Notes: generated by a model not told the origin, from the sequence alone. 64,000 bases of DNA from the human T2T-CHM13v2.0 reference genome, Homo sapiens (GCF_009914755.1 NC_060932.1); one strand, 5' to 3'. Positions 14,340-29,565 are shown, counted from the first letter of the stretch. Numbers and translations are program-made.

Positions 14340-15560
14340 AAGCCAGCACAGTGCAGATCTTCATGGCCACAAACTTCAGACCCTCTTTGATGCCAGGCCA
14401 GATTACACAATCCCAGATTCCAGGCTTGTCCCATGAGCCAAGCCAACCCCAGTGGCTCCAGGCTCTGGACAGACTAAAATACTGAGCCAGCTCCAGGGGT
14501 CCTGAGTTTCTGGCCCACTCCAGGACCAGGCCTACCTCAAGACCCAGGCTCCAGGCCTTTTCAGTGCCAGGCCTGCCCCTGCAGCCCCAGGATGCAAGCA
14601 TACTCCAGTTTCTAAGACAGCCCAGAATCAGGTCTCCATCAATACTCCTGGCCTCAGGAATGAGGTCAGCACTTGTGGACACAGGCTCCAGGCCTTCCCA
14701 AGGCCAGGTCAGTTCCTGGAGCCCTCAGGATGAGGTCAGCACCTGTGGACATGGGCTCCAGGCCTTCCCAAGACCAGGCCAGTTCCTGGAGCCCTAGGGA
14801 GCTCCCAAGCTGGCTGCTGCAATCCCACACTCAAGTCGACCCAGGTCTATCCCAGTAGATCCCATCACTGGGCTAGCCCCCAATGGACCCAGGCTCTAGA
14901 ACCACTGCTGTGGATCCAGGTTGCAAACTGGATCCAGTATCCAGGCCAGCCTTCTTGGACCTAACCTCCAGAACAGATCCCATGTGCTTACCCTCATGGT
15001 CCCAGTCTCTAAACCTGCCCTAGGACCAGGTTTGCCCCAGGCTCCAGATTATTTCCTGTGGCTCCAAACTCCAGTGGATTCAGGATGCAGGCCACCTCCA
15101 GTAGGACCTGGTGCCAGGTCAGCCATCAAGAATTAAGGTTCCAGACCACCCTTGTAAATCAATTTCCAGGCCAGCTGCCAAGACCCTGAATATGGGCCTA
15201 TTCTCAGGAACTCAGGATCCAGGCCTGCCCTAGAACCATGCCAGCCCTCATGAACCCAGGTTCCAGGCTTGTCCCAGTGGACCCAGGCACCCAGCCCATC
15301 CCAGGGCTTGGATGGTCTCTGCAGACTCAGTCTTAAGGACTACCCCAGTTCCAGATAGTACCTGTAGACCTAGGTCTCATGCTGGCCCCATGTAAATTCA
15401 GGCTCCAGTCCCACTCTGTGGGCCTGTTTATCAGCTCCAGAAACAAACCCATAGATTCGGAAGCCACTACAGTCAAATTGCTGACCCAGGCACAACTTAG
15501 GCTGCCCAAGTGCTCCAGCAGCATGTCTGCCTATGGACCACACTAGACAGCCTTTACACA
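14340..15560 (+). repeat. Degenerate GC-rich tandem array within the L1M 5'UTR
   Basis: Recurring (g/a)acccaggctccaggcc-like units, including a 70-bp direct duplication at 14661-14730/14731-14800. Confidence 0.8.
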
Positions 15561-18362
15561 ATCTCTGGGTGGGTTAACTGGTGAAGGGCTTTCCCAGAGG
15601 AAGCCAGTTTTAAAGACTGAAATAAGTCTACTTTAAATGCATAACTACCAACACATGGCCACAACAGTCAAAAATAATCAGGGAAACATATCACTAAAGG
15701 ACTACTTTAAAGCAGCAGTAACTGACCCTAGAGAAATGGAGATATATGAATTGCTTGACAAAGAATTCAAAATAATTGTTTTTAAGGAAGCTAAGCAAAC
15801 TTCAAGAAAATACAGAGAAACAATTCAACCAAAAAAAAATCAAGAGAACAATAAATGACCAAAATGAGAAACTTAACAGAGATTGAAGTTATATTTTTTA
15901 AAAAACCTAGAAATTCTGAAGCAGAAATAGATAATGAAATGAAAAAGTACAATAGAGAGCAACAACAGCAGAGTTGATCAAACAGAATAAAGGATCTATG
16001 AACTCGAAGACAGGCTATTTAAAAATATATAGTCAGGAGAAAACCAAAAGACTAAAAAAGAATAAACAAATCTCATGAAATTTACGGGACAGCTTCAAAA
16101 AACAAATGTTCTAGTTATGGGAGCTTAAGAAAAAGTATTAGAAAGCTTATTTAAAGAAATAATAGCAGAAAACTTTCCGAATATAAGGAAAGCAGGTAAC
16201 AGGAAGGTCAAAGGTCTTCAGTGAGATTTAATCCAAACAAGACTACTTTAAGACATGTTATGACCAAACTGCCGAAAAGCAGCAAAACTTTAAAAAGCAG
16301 ATCACATAAAAAGGAGTTTCAATAACTATCAGTGCATTTTGCAAGAGAAATCTTATAGGCTAGGAGAGAATGGAATGATATATTCAATGTTATAAAGGAA
16401 AAAAACATCTGGCAACCAAAAATAGTATATTTGGCAAAGCAGTACTTCAGAAATTGAAAGATTAAAACTTTCCCAAACAACAGCTGAGGAATTTTATTAC
16501 CACTAGATCTGTCTTACAAGAAATGCTGAAGGGAGTTCTTCCAACTGAATTTTAAAAATGCTAAATAGTAACACAAAAACATATGAAAATATAAAACTCA
16601 CTGGTAAAAGAAAGTATTCAACCAACTGTAAGATAGCCTAATACTGTAATGATTTTATGGAATACTGTAGTGAGGTTTTAATGGTGGTGTATAAATCACT
16701 TATATCATTTATATCTTTAGTTTGAAGGCTTAAAGACAAAACTATTAAAAATAGCTACAATAATTTGTTACGGGATATACAATATAAAAAGATGTAACTT
16801 GTGACAATAAAAAATGTGGGAAGGGTGGATTAAAAGTGTATTATTTTATGCAATCAAAGTTAAGTTGTTATCCATTTAAAATAGTATATTATATCATATG
16901 TTTTATGTAAGACTCATGGTAACCACCAAAAACCTAAAGAGAATATACAAAAAATAAAAAGGAATCAAAGCATACAACTGAAGAAAATCATCTAATCACA
17001 AAGGAAGGTAGCAAAAGAGGAAGAAAGGAGGAAAGAATCTACAAAACAACCAGAAAACAATTAACAAAATATCAGTAGTAAATACTTACCTGTCATAACT
17101 GCCTTGAATGTATATGGATTAAATTCTCTAATCAAAAGACATAGAGTAAATGAATGGATAAAAAACAAGATGCAAACTCATGCTGCAAACAAGAGACCTA
17201 CTTCACCTATAAGGACACACATAGACTGAAACTAAAGAAAGGGACAATATTTTCTGCAAATGGAAACCAAAAGACAGCTGAAGTAGCAATGGTTATATAA
17301 GGCAAAATAGAGTTTAAGTGAAAAACTTTAAAAAAGACAAATAAGGTCAATATATAATGATAAAAAGTCAATTCATCACAGGAATATTAAAATGGTAAAT
17401 ATATACATATCTGACATCAGAATATCAAAAATATATAAATCAAATATTAATAGATTTGAGGGAGGGAGAGAGAGACCACAATACAAGAGTAATAGGGAAT
17501 TTAATAACATGATTTTAACACTGGACAGCCCATTCAGATGGAAATCAATAAGGAAACATTGGATTTGAGCTGCACTTTAGACCAAATTGGCCTAACAGAT
17601 ATATATATAGAACATCCAACCAATAGCTACAGAATACACATTCTTTTTAGGTGCACATGGAACACACTCCAGAATAGATCATATGATAGGCCTCAGTGTA
17701 AGTCATAACAAATTGAACAAGGAAGATTGAAATCATATCAAATACCTTTTCTGACCACAATGGTATGACACTAGAAGTCTATAATAGGGGCAATTTCAGA
17801 AAATTCACAAATATATGGAAATTATACATGCCCTAAAACAACTCATGGGTCAAAGAAAAAATGGAAATTAAAAAATTTCTTCAGAGAAATGAAAATGGAC
17901 ACACGATATACAAAAACTAAAGGGATGCAACAAAAGCAGTCCTAAGAGGAATGTTTATAGCAATAAACGCCTACACTGAAAAAGAATAAATATCCCAAAT
18001 AGACAACTTAGCATTATACTTCCAGGAACTAGAAGAAAACAAACTGAGCTAAGTAGTAGGGGGAAGGAAATAATAAAGATCAGAGCAGAAATAAATGAAA
18101 CAGATTATGAGAAAAACATTAGAAAAGATGACCAAAACTAAGAAGTGTGTCAAAGATAAACAAAATCAACAAATCTTACACTAAGAAAAAAGAGGAACCA
18201 AATTTTTAAAAATCAGAAATGAGAGAGATATTACAAGTGAGATATCACAGAAATACAAAAGATTGTAAGAGACAACTATAAACAATTACATATCAACAAA
18301 TTGAATAACCTGTAAGAAAGGGATAAATTTGTAGGAATATAAAACCTACATATAATACCTAC

Positions 18363-18784
18363 TGTATTCATTCATTTTATATTGCTATAAAGGGAATACC
18401 TGATACTGGGTAATTTATAAAGAAGTTTATTTTGGCTCACGGTTCTGCAGACTGTACGAAAAAACATGGTGCCAGTATCTACTTCTGGTGAGTGTCTCAG
18501 GAAGCTTTTACTCATGGAAGAAGAAGAGGGAGCAGGCATGTCACATGGTGAGAGAAGGAACCAGAGAGAGAATGAGGAAATATAAAGAAATGCTAGACTG
18601 TTTTTAACAGAGTTTGTGTGAACTAATAGAGTGAGAACTCTCTCATTACTGTGGGAGGGCACCAAGCCATTTGTGAGGAATCCACCCCTATGACCCAATC
18701 ACCTCCCACCAGGCCCCACCTCCAACACTGGGGATCACATTTCAACATGAGATTTTTGAGAGGACAAATACCCAAACCGTATCA
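18363..18784 (-). mobile_element. MSTB-like MaLR solo LTR
   Basis: Reverse MST (tgtatt...attgctataaag...ccaaaccgtatca) with perfect TSD cctac/cctac. Confidence 0.93.
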
Positions 18785-20076
18785 CCTACCAACACTGAAT
18801 CATAATAGAAAATCTGAAGACACCAATAATGAGTAGGATATTGAATCTGTAATAAAAAGTCTCCTGTCAATGGAAAGTCCAGGACTTGATGGCTTCCATG
18901 CAGATTCTACCACATATTTTAAAAAAGAAATTCTTCGCAAATACTTCCAAAGAAATTAAACAGAGGGGATAACTCCAAACTCATTTTATAAGGTCAGCAT
19001 TTCCCTGATACCAAAGCCAGACTAGCACATTACAAGAAAAGAAAATTACAGGCCACTAAATCTGATAAACATAGATGCAAAAATCCTCAACAAGATTCAA
19101 GCAAACCTAATTTAGTAGCACATTACACACTACAATGACTGCAATCAACTCAGATTTATTTCTGGATTGCAAGGAGGGTTCAACATATGCACATCTATAA
19201 GTGTGGTACACCACCTAAATAAAAGGAAGGCCAAAGCCATATGATCATCTCAACAGATGCAGAAAAGACATTTGATGAAATTCGATATCCTTTCATGATT
19301 AAAAATTCTCAAAGTAAGAAGAGAAGGAATGTGCCTCAACCCACTAAAGGCCACATGCAACAAGCCCATAGCTAATGTCATACTCAATGGGGAAAAGTTT
19401 AACACTTTTCCTTTAAGACCCAAAACAAGACAAGAATACCCATTACCACCATTTTTATTCATCATGGTACTGGAAGTCCTTGCCAGAGCAATTATGAAAA
19501 AAAGACATACAAATTAAAAAGGACAGAATTAAAAATGTCTGTTTGCAGACAACATGATTCCACATATAGAAAACCCTGAAGATGTCACTAAAAAACTGAA
19601 AACTAACAAATTCAGTAAAGTTCTAGGATACCATAATCAACACACAAAAATCAGCAGTGTTTTCATACACTAACAAACTATCCCAAAAAATACATCAATA
19701 AATCAATTCCGTTTATAATAACTACAAAAATAAAATACTTAGGGACAAATTTAACCAAGGAAGTGAAAGACAATAAATTGAAAACTGTAAAACATTGATG
19801 AAATAAGTTGACACAAATGAATGATATCTCACGTTCATGGATTAGAAGAATATTGTTAAAATGTCCATACGTGATCTGCAGGTTAAATGAAATCCGATAC
19901 AAATTCTAATGACATTTTTCAAAGAAACCTTAAAAACAATTCTGTCATTTGTATGGAACCATAAAAGACCCTGAATAGCCAAAGCAATCTTAAGCAAAAA
20001 GAACACAGCTAGAAGTATCACACTATCTCATTTCAAAATCCACTACAAAACGATAGCAATGAAAACAGCATAATAT

Positions 20077-21714
20077 GGAGACGTAGGCAAGATGGCCCAC
20101 TAGATGCAGCCAGGAAGAACTTATTCCACCCAGATAGAACAGAATATTGAGTTAACTGGCATACTTGGAACAGATCATCTGAGAGAAGGCACTGAGAGAG
20201 GTTAGAGAGATGACCTAGACACCAGGACTGAAGTGGGAGGATGCTGTAAATCCTGCATGGGGTTGCCAAGCACTGAGATGCATTCCAGGCCCTGGACAGC
20301 TCCTAAAGGAGAGGCTGTGACCTGTGTAATCTGCCAGACCTGGAGAGACAGCAGGGATGTCTATCCTGTGGGACTAGAGAGAGTCTGATCTGTGCCCCTG
20401 CTCTCTGCCAGCCCCCTATTAGAGTCCCTGCCTGGCTATATTTGCATGAAGCGCAGCCTCAGCTACTCGTTAATTTGAAGCACTTTTGGCAGGGGCCATC
20501 CACCATAGTGCTTTTGCCAGAGGACCCCACTGCCCCACTGGAGTGATTTTGCTGACAGCCTCCCAGCAGAATGGATTTGCCGGTGACCCCACTGCCACCC
20601 CTCCAGAGAATGCTCACCTACTGTGCCCCCATAACCCCTGCTGGGGGTGTGCTTCCTTTCCATGGAGACACCACTGAAGCACTTACACCCACCTGCCCCC
20701 ACCTCTCCTAGAAAATGCTGTTGCCAGTCGGTCTGGTAGCTCCTTGGCCCCTCCAGCCCAGCCAGGGCTCAACCTTAAGGGACAAGAGGACAAAGCCACA
20801 GACCTAGTCCCAGGTCCTAGAGCACACAGCCCATGAGTGCAAATCTGAACCCTGGACCTCTGAGAGCACCCAGAAATGAAGCATTCAGTATACCAACTTG
20901 CACCATGGTCAAACCTTCAAGGACAATAAAGAGGATTTAAAAACAAAAGCCCCATCCAAAAAGCTGCTTTGGCAGCAGTGTCAAAGGATAACAAAACATC
21001 AGCCCTCACAGATGAGAAACAACCAGCACAAGCATTCTGGCAGCTCTAAAAGTCAGAGTGACTTCTTACCTCCAAATGATCTACTGGCTCTCCAGCAGTG
21101 GTTCTCAACTAGACGGAAATGGTTAAAATAACAGACATAGAATTCAGCATCTGGATGGCAATGAAGCTCAGAGATATAAGGGGAAGTTGAAACCCAATCC
21201 AAGGAAAACAGTAGAACAATCCAAAGAGTTGAAAGACCACATAACCATTTTAAGAAAGAACTAAACTGGACTTTTGGAAATGAAAAAATTCACTACAGGA
21301 ATTTCAAAATACAGTTCCAAGCATTAACAACAGAACAGACCCAGCTGAGGAAGGAATCTCAGAACCTGAAGAGCGCTTCTTTAAAGCATCACAGACAGAC
21401 ACAAATAAAGAACTTTAAAAAAATGAACAAAACCTAAGTGAATAGAGGAACAGAAAACCAAATACTGCATGTCCTTACATAAAAGTGGGAGCTATGTATT
21501 CAATACACATGGATACAAAAATGAAAACAACAGACACTGGGACTGCTTGAGTGGGGAGGGTGGGAGAGAGGTGGGGGTTGGAAGGCTACCTATCAGGTAT
21601 TATGCTCACTACCTTGGTGAGGGGATCATTTGTATACCAAGCTGCAGCAATACAAAACTTACCCATGTAACAAACCTGCACGTGTACCTCCTGAACCTAA
21701 AACAGAAGTAGAAG
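20077..21714 (+). mobile_element. L1PA15/16-like element with large internal deletion
   Basis: 5'UTR caagatggcccactagatgcagccagg and ORF1 start MRNNQHKHSGSSKSQS, then a jump at ~21435 to the ORF2 end and 3'UTR. TSD aacagcataatat/aagagcatagtat. Confidence 0.85.
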
Positions 21715-24679
21715 AAGAGCATAGTATTGACATAAAAACAGGCACATAGACCAAAGAAACAGAATAAAGAACCCAGAAATAAATACGTACATTGTGGTCA
21801 ATTGACTTTGAATGAAAATGTCAAGAACCATACAGTGGGGAAAGGACAGGGTCTTCAATAAATGGTGCTGGGAAAACTGGATATCCACATACAAAAGAAT
21901 AAAATGACATGCATATCTTATACAATATAAAAAATCAACTCAAAATGGATTAAAGATCTAAATGTAAGATATGAAATTGTAAAACTAGTAGAAGAAACCA
22001 TAGGGCAAAAACTTTGGAATTTTTCTGGGCAATGATTTTTATTTTTTTATTTTTATTTTTGGATATGACTCCAAAATCACAGGTAACTCCTGTGTTCACT
22101 GCAGCATTATTCACAATAGGCAAGATATGGAATCAACCTAAGTGTTCATCAACAGATGAATGATTTTTAAAAACGTGGTATATATACACAATGAAATACT
22201 ATTCAGCCTTAAAAAAGAATGAAATCCTGTCATTATGACAACATAGGTGAACCTGGAAAACACTATGTTAAGTGAAATAAGCCAGGCACAGAAAGATAAA
22301 TACCATATGATATCACTTATATATGAATTATAAAAATGTTGAACTCATAAAAACAGAGTAAAATGGTGTTAACCAGAGGTTGGAGAATGGGAAATTTGGA
22401 AAGATTTTGGCCAAATATACAACATTTCAGTTAGGAGAAATAAATTCAACAGATCGTTATGATGACTACAATTTATACAATACATTGTAGACTGGAAAAT
22501 TGCTCAGATACCATATTCTAAATGTTCTTGTCCTAAAGTAAATAAGTATGTGATGTAATGAATGCCTTAAGTTACTTGAATTAGCCATTCTACAATGTAT
22601 ACATAAATTTAAAAATCATGCTGTACACCATGAATACATACAATTTTCACTTGCTAATTAAGCTATTAAAAATATGAAAAGGAATAATAAAGGTCATGCC
22701 CAGAGCTGATTTGAATAATTTAATTTTTTTCATTTTAATACATTTATATTTACAGATGTTATATATGGTGAACATTATTCTATACATATAGCTTTGTACT
22801 ATGAATTTTCATTGACATGAGATTGTCATGTTTTCCCCATATTAATTTTTTTGTAAATATAATATTATTCACATTTAAGAATTCCCTTATTGGACTGTCT
22901 CATAATTTTGCAATGTCTGTTTAAAAAGACTTTTGGGTACATTACTAATATTTTCCAAGTACAACTGTTTGTGCTTGGAATGAAAACATATTATGGGACT
23001 ATGATGCACCAGTGTTGCTAAAACACTATTTGAAGTGGTCATTGGTGAGAGACAACGTGCAACTGGTATTTAATTCAGAGAAATGCATGTTTCAAGATTC
23101 CTAATTGAGAATTTGATATCATTAATGTTCTTTTCCATGTCAATAAACTTTGTCACAGACATCTCTTTTTAAAGCAGGCAAAGAAGTGGTATATCCCATG
23201 CCAATATTTCTATTTTAGTCTTCTTGGAGCTTTTACAAAAAGTTCCTAAATCTAAGCCTCTCCAAATAACAATATGAGCTTCAATTCTACTTTAGTGATG
23301 TTTTTCAGCTAAGTGATGCCTATGGATTTAATGTCATTTAGGAATTAAAAACCAAGCTATTGCTACAGTCCATGATAAGCATATTGGGATATATCTATAA
23401 ATTTCAGATTTGGGGGATTAATTATTTGCTAAATTCTCTAGAGATAGTCCTTTGTGTTTATGTATAATGAATATATTCTAATGTTGATATGTTTCTTCTT
23501 GGACAGATTCTTAATTTGAATGAAAAGTGACTTAAATATAACTTAGTGATTAATCTATGATGGTGCTATATGCCTACCTTATTTTTACTTAGAAATAATA
23601 ATTTAAATCTCACCTGTTTTATGTGGTAGCCCATGCTTGTATCAAATTTATAATGTCTAAAAAATAAATTTTAGCTTATTTAACCAGATTGAATAAAGAG
23701 TTAATTAGTTGATAGCAAATTATATTTAAGAAAAAGCTCATTCGCTGTAAGTAGATGGGCAATTTAAAGGTGAAAATAAAAAATATATCTAGCATTAAGA
23801 TTATACTGAGAGTTTAATCCTTGATAATTTATACATTTATATTTTGAATTATAAATGATTTGTTATAAATATCAATTCTTCTTGTATTATGGATATTTTG
23901 AAGCTTACTAATAAAAACCAAGATTAGATTTGGCAAAGCTCACAGACATAATCTAATCAAAGCTTACTATCAATAGAAGACTAGATTCTAATAAGTTCAT
24001 GTAGCATAGAGCCAGAAATGAGATCAAGGTCATCTGGATTTTCTCCAAGACAGCACCTCAATCACTTTGTGAATCACAGGCTTATACAGATCACCTAAGG
24101 TTAGGTTAATCAGCTTCCTGTTTAAAGATACCAGGATAAATGCTGGGCTTAATGTTTTGATAGCATGATGAAACTACTGTCATATTCCCAGTTTTAAGGT
24201 ACCATAATTTGTAATAGGTCAGTTTAATTACCAATTCAGTGGTTTAGCAAAAACCTATCACTACATCAATGTTCTAATATTACTGACTTCTGAAACAGTA
24301 AATGTATGTCTTAGATTTAAAGATGCAGTTATGTGTATTTTCTTGCTACATGCTGGCTTTTAAACATTTGGGCTCTTTTCAGACACATTTCAAAAGGAGA
24401 CCACTTACTGACTTGTTTCAGTAGGCATGTTTCCCTGTGATGGAGCCATTTCTGTAAATCCATCAGTGACCCAGGATGGTAACTGCAATTTCATGTGGGG
24501 CCTTCTCATTCACCTGCTCTTCCTAAACAAGGTCTGAACAAAGTTTTCTACTTGATACTTTTTAATATCAACAAAAGAATTGTTTGAAATATAAAATCCA
24601 TTCTTTAAAATATTCTATTTATAGTTAACAGAGGCCTAAATACATAATTGCTTGCAGGTTGTGTGAAGTATTTTTCTAG

Positions 24680-25037
<358 letters not shown>

Positions 25038-25440
25038 ACAGGTGTTACTTTTTAAATCTCTTCCACCTATGGATAGACATTGGACTCAAACATGGAGCTT
25101 ATATAGAATGAAATCAGGTGAGATTTCCTAACCGCACTCCAGCAACTGCTACCCAATTATCCGAACAGGTTCTGGAGTAGAAAGCTGTTTATCACCCATT
25201 TTCTTGCTCCTGGGGAAGTCCCTAGCTGGGTATGGTTAGAATAATATATTTGAATCTTGGTCTGTTTTAAGTCTTTATCTTAGTTCTGTTTCTGCCTCTG
25301 ACTCATATGGTTTGCTTCTGTATTCTGTATCTAGGGCTCATTGTTGAGAACAGAAGATGCTTGCCTGCAGTTGTTCAAATCTCAGCCTGTAAAGGAAAGA
25401 TGCTTTCTGTGTGAACATCGTGGGTCCCTGTCACTTGTAA

Positions 25441-25860
<420 letters not shown>

Positions 25861-28800
25861 TGAATATGTTTTGGGAGGAAGTATAATATTGTTTGGACTA
25901 AGAGCTACTGAGAGCTATCTCCTCAAGATAGTAATTCTTTTAAAATCCTGTTTCCTTCATAGTTGTGGCTGTCCTTCACTAAAAACCAATAGAAACAAAA
26001 ATAAACACGCAACAAAACCTATTGCCCTGGGGCCCTGTATCCACAAGAGGCCACAGATTAGAGTTTTACTTTCAATAAAATATGAACTACACTGGGGTCT
26101 CAAAATTGCTCTGTTTAGTTTAGGCTCTTTGCAATCCATGTGGAGAAGAGACTGGCTGTAAGAACCAGTTGTGTCCAAATCATGGAGAGATGGAACAAGA
26201 ATAGGTTATTATCATAGTATCTGATAGTTTCATGATAGTTCTCAAACTGTGATCTTGTAAAACACTGGTGTTTGAGCTGAATAAATTCCTACAGAAAAAA
26301 AGAGCAGAGCCTTTACTAGATTCTAGAAGAAAAAATCCATAATTTTTCCAGTTTTAAGTTAGTTCCATTTTTTTATTTTCTTAAAAATTTGGTATTTACT
26401 ACTATTACAGAGTCAGTACTGCAAATGAGAGACACAATAAATGAAGACATTACAAATTAAAGTGAATGGAAATATAATGTGAGATAAAATTGATCAAACC
26501 TATTTTGTTTTACTTGCAAATGATGCATCCTATGTCCATACCTACTTGTATTGGCTGTATTTGCTAGTTCAAAATAATGCAAAAGTTTACTTTTAAAGAA
26601 AATAATTATTTGAAACTGAGCTCATAAGTTCACATAACAATGTTCTCTTTAAAAAGTTACTGTCAACCATGGGTTTGTAGTATGAAGACAGTGACTCAAT
26701 GTCCATGGGAAGTTAGAAGCCAAGTATTCTTTCAACTCTATTGTCTCCAATATTATTGTTTTATTAAGTCAGGTGTAGCTCTGAAAAAAAAAAGTTATAC
26801 TGTCAAAACCTCAGTATATTTGGAGAAGAAAGCAGCTCCTGTTGTTTTAACCTCTAGAGATGGAGAACAGATGCTTGGTGTTAGGAGAAAGGAGGCTGGA
26901 TTAAATGATATTGGATCAAACCCAAAATTGTCAAGCCAGGTAGGATGTTTACAGAGGCCATGTCTACCCAGAGCTAGAACTTCAAAATCAAATCAAAACA
27001 AAAGAGTCCAATTACCAATATGTAACTTACTCAAATGTAAAAGAGTGAAAGGAGAAGAGTGGGGAAGAAGACAATGTGGGAAAAGCTGTCCTCCTTCCCC
27101 GGGGATGAGCCAATGCCTCTGAGTGGCAGGTGGGTGAAGTAAATCTGTTATCCTTCCTTGTTTGATCCCACGAGTCTCTTATACTGAAAGCATGTTACTA
27201 CCTAGTATATCAAGATACAAAGCACATAACTTATTCTAGTGTCACCTAAAGAAACAGCTGTCCTTCAGCCTGGAGGAAAAACTGCTTGCATCGGATTTAC
27301 TGATGAGAGAATGCCTGGATATACAACATATATATGTATGTATACATAGAGTACTTGTATAGCTATAAATTTGTAAAGTTTATGCTCAGATGTGATTGTT
27401 CTTGACGTGGTAACCCCCAGGCCCTCACCAGTAGAGATGTTAGTCTGCTTCAAGAGCATGTCTTGGTTTATTTACTGCTTTGGATCCTTTGTCCATATAA
27501 TCCTTTTGTTCTTTACTTTCAGCTTCATTGTAAGACTTTCAAACTGTGCCATAACTTGGTTGACATCATTTTGACTTAACTATAACATGTCACAGATCAA
27601 ATATCTAATTACATGCTTTTTGCTTCCTATGATCTTGCCCTGCTGGTTCCCTGTCAACACTAGTTTTTACATTACATTTCTTTGGCATCTGTACCCCTGA
27701 AATTTATAGATTTTTGCCCTGGAATTTGGCCACGGATTTTTCAACATCTGGGTTTTAATCAAGATTTTAATTTTTTTTTTTGGTTTCCCAGTGACTTCCA
27801 ACAGTAAATTTACTACTTTCTCTGGGCAGCACTTTGGAAAGGGAAACAAAGAATTTTTTGTTCCTCATTGATAGAAATACTATCAATGTAATATATGAGT
27901 AATATAGATATTTTTGCTCCTTAGAAAAGATAAATGGGCGATTGACTGTACTTTAGGTATGAGTGGGGGAATCACACCTTTACAGAAAGTAGGAATCTTT
28001 TTCATTATTCAATGCTTAGGATTAAATTTCTCTCAGAGTCAGGCCATAAAGCAAGCATTGTTGAAAGAGATTTAGAGTTTTATTAATATATCTGCTTTTT
28101 ATTTTGTTATAGTATTCTAAGAAAATGGTGCTACTGATTGAGATCCAAGAAGTGAATAAAAACATATATGACCTTTAAAGTTTTTTTCAGTCTTTTCCAG
28201 AAAATTGCTTGCATCTTGCTGCCAAGAGTGTTCAGACCTGATCATTGCTAATACCATGTGATGAGACTTGGTAATTTGAAAACAAATTGAGAGACAACTC
28301 AAGTGTAAGTCAGTTCCAACAGTGATTTTTTGGTTCTTGTCAAATGGCAGACAATGTTGCTGAGAATATGAAAATGACCAAGGGAGTGACGTCACCAAGA
28401 TATTAGAGTAGGAGATACCAACCTTCATGTCTTGACATAACAAAAAGAGCTATTTACATATGAAAATAGCCTTGGGACAGCTCCATGACCCATAAAAGAA
28501 TCTGCAGCAACAGAGTGGAGACACCAGGAGATTTCTTGGAGCAAAGAGGAAAGGTGAAAGCTATCAGTGTCAGCCACATGGTGGGAACCACTGGTCTCCA
28601 GTGGCCTGCTCTCCAGAGGATACCAGCACATTTTGTCACTGAGGTAACCAACAGCCATTCCTGCCAGGGAATTCCATAGAGCTCCACACTCCTTGCCCAC
28701 CTATTAAGTGGTCACTCTTTTGAGCTGCTTTGGGAAAGCAGTTGCCACTTCTCCCAACCCCTTGCAGGCCTTGACCCCTAAGCTTCAGCAACTCCATGAG

Positions 28801-29153
28801 TTCTCATAATCCAGATCTAAATTCTGTGACTGCATTGGGCCATACACCAACCCACATCTCAGACAACAAAGTCATTTCCATAATTAGCTAGTTCACACCA
28901 CAAGCCTGGAACCAAGTACTTGCTGTACCTGCCCATGCTGGATACCAGCTCACGTGCCACAGAGAGCTAGACCCTGCTCCAAGCATGGAGCTTTTCAAAT
29001 GCCAGTGCTTCCATTATTGGCTCCATGGCTGCTTCAAAATCATCTATACCATGCATTCTGTTACCAACATGGCAGTGGGGATAACTGCAACTCGTGCACC
29101 AGTGTCATTAGGGTCCTGGATCTCAGAGCTATACTCCCTCCACAGGTTCCCAG

Positions 29154-29565
29154 TGATATGGTTTGGATGTTTTGTCCTCTCCAAATCTCTTGTTGAAATG
29201 TGACCTCTAATATTGGAGGTGAGGAGCCTAGTGGGAGGTGTTTGGGTCACAGGGGCAGATCCCTCATGAATGTATTACTGCTGTCCTCATGTTAATAAAT
29301 GATTTTTTACTCTGAGTTCATGTGAGATCTGATTGTTTAAAAGAGTCTAGGACCTCCCCCTCTTTCTCTTGCTCCCTTTCTTGCCATGTGACACATCTGT
29401 TCTATTTGCCTTCTGCCATGATTGTCAACTTCCTGAGGCCTCACCAGAAGCAGATGCTGGCATCCTGCCTCCTATATGGCCTGCAGAATAATGAGCCAAA
29501 ATAAACCTCTTTTCTTTATACATTACCCAGTCTTAGATTTATTGCAACACGAAGAGATTAACACA
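29154..29565 (+). mobile_element. MSTB LTR (5' LTR)
   Basis: tgatatggtttggatgttttgtcc...gcagatccctcatgaatg...aacaca. Confidence 0.92.

Larger units (their letters stand above)
14018..22680 (+). mobile_element. Near full-length old LINE-1 (L1MA7/8-like) with nested MSTB and L1PA15/16
   Basis: 5' end aagatggcagaatagg, GC-rich repetitive 5'UTR, ORF1 remnant (DPREMEIYELLDKEFKI, ~15700), ORF2 remnants (PIANVILNGEKFNTFPLR) and an L1MA-type 3' end at 22090-22680. Internal deletion near 22085. Confidence 0.88.

Noticed and set aside
14340-15560. CRISPR-like or novel satellite array, and the overlapping 60-155 aa ORFs
   Set aside because: There is no constant repeat/unique spacer structure. It lies between an L1 5' end and ORF1, and the ORFs reflect GC richness.
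26640-27122. 160-aa ORF in unique sequence
   Set aside because: No recognisable motif, codon bias or exon boundaries. An ORF of this length is compatible with chance.
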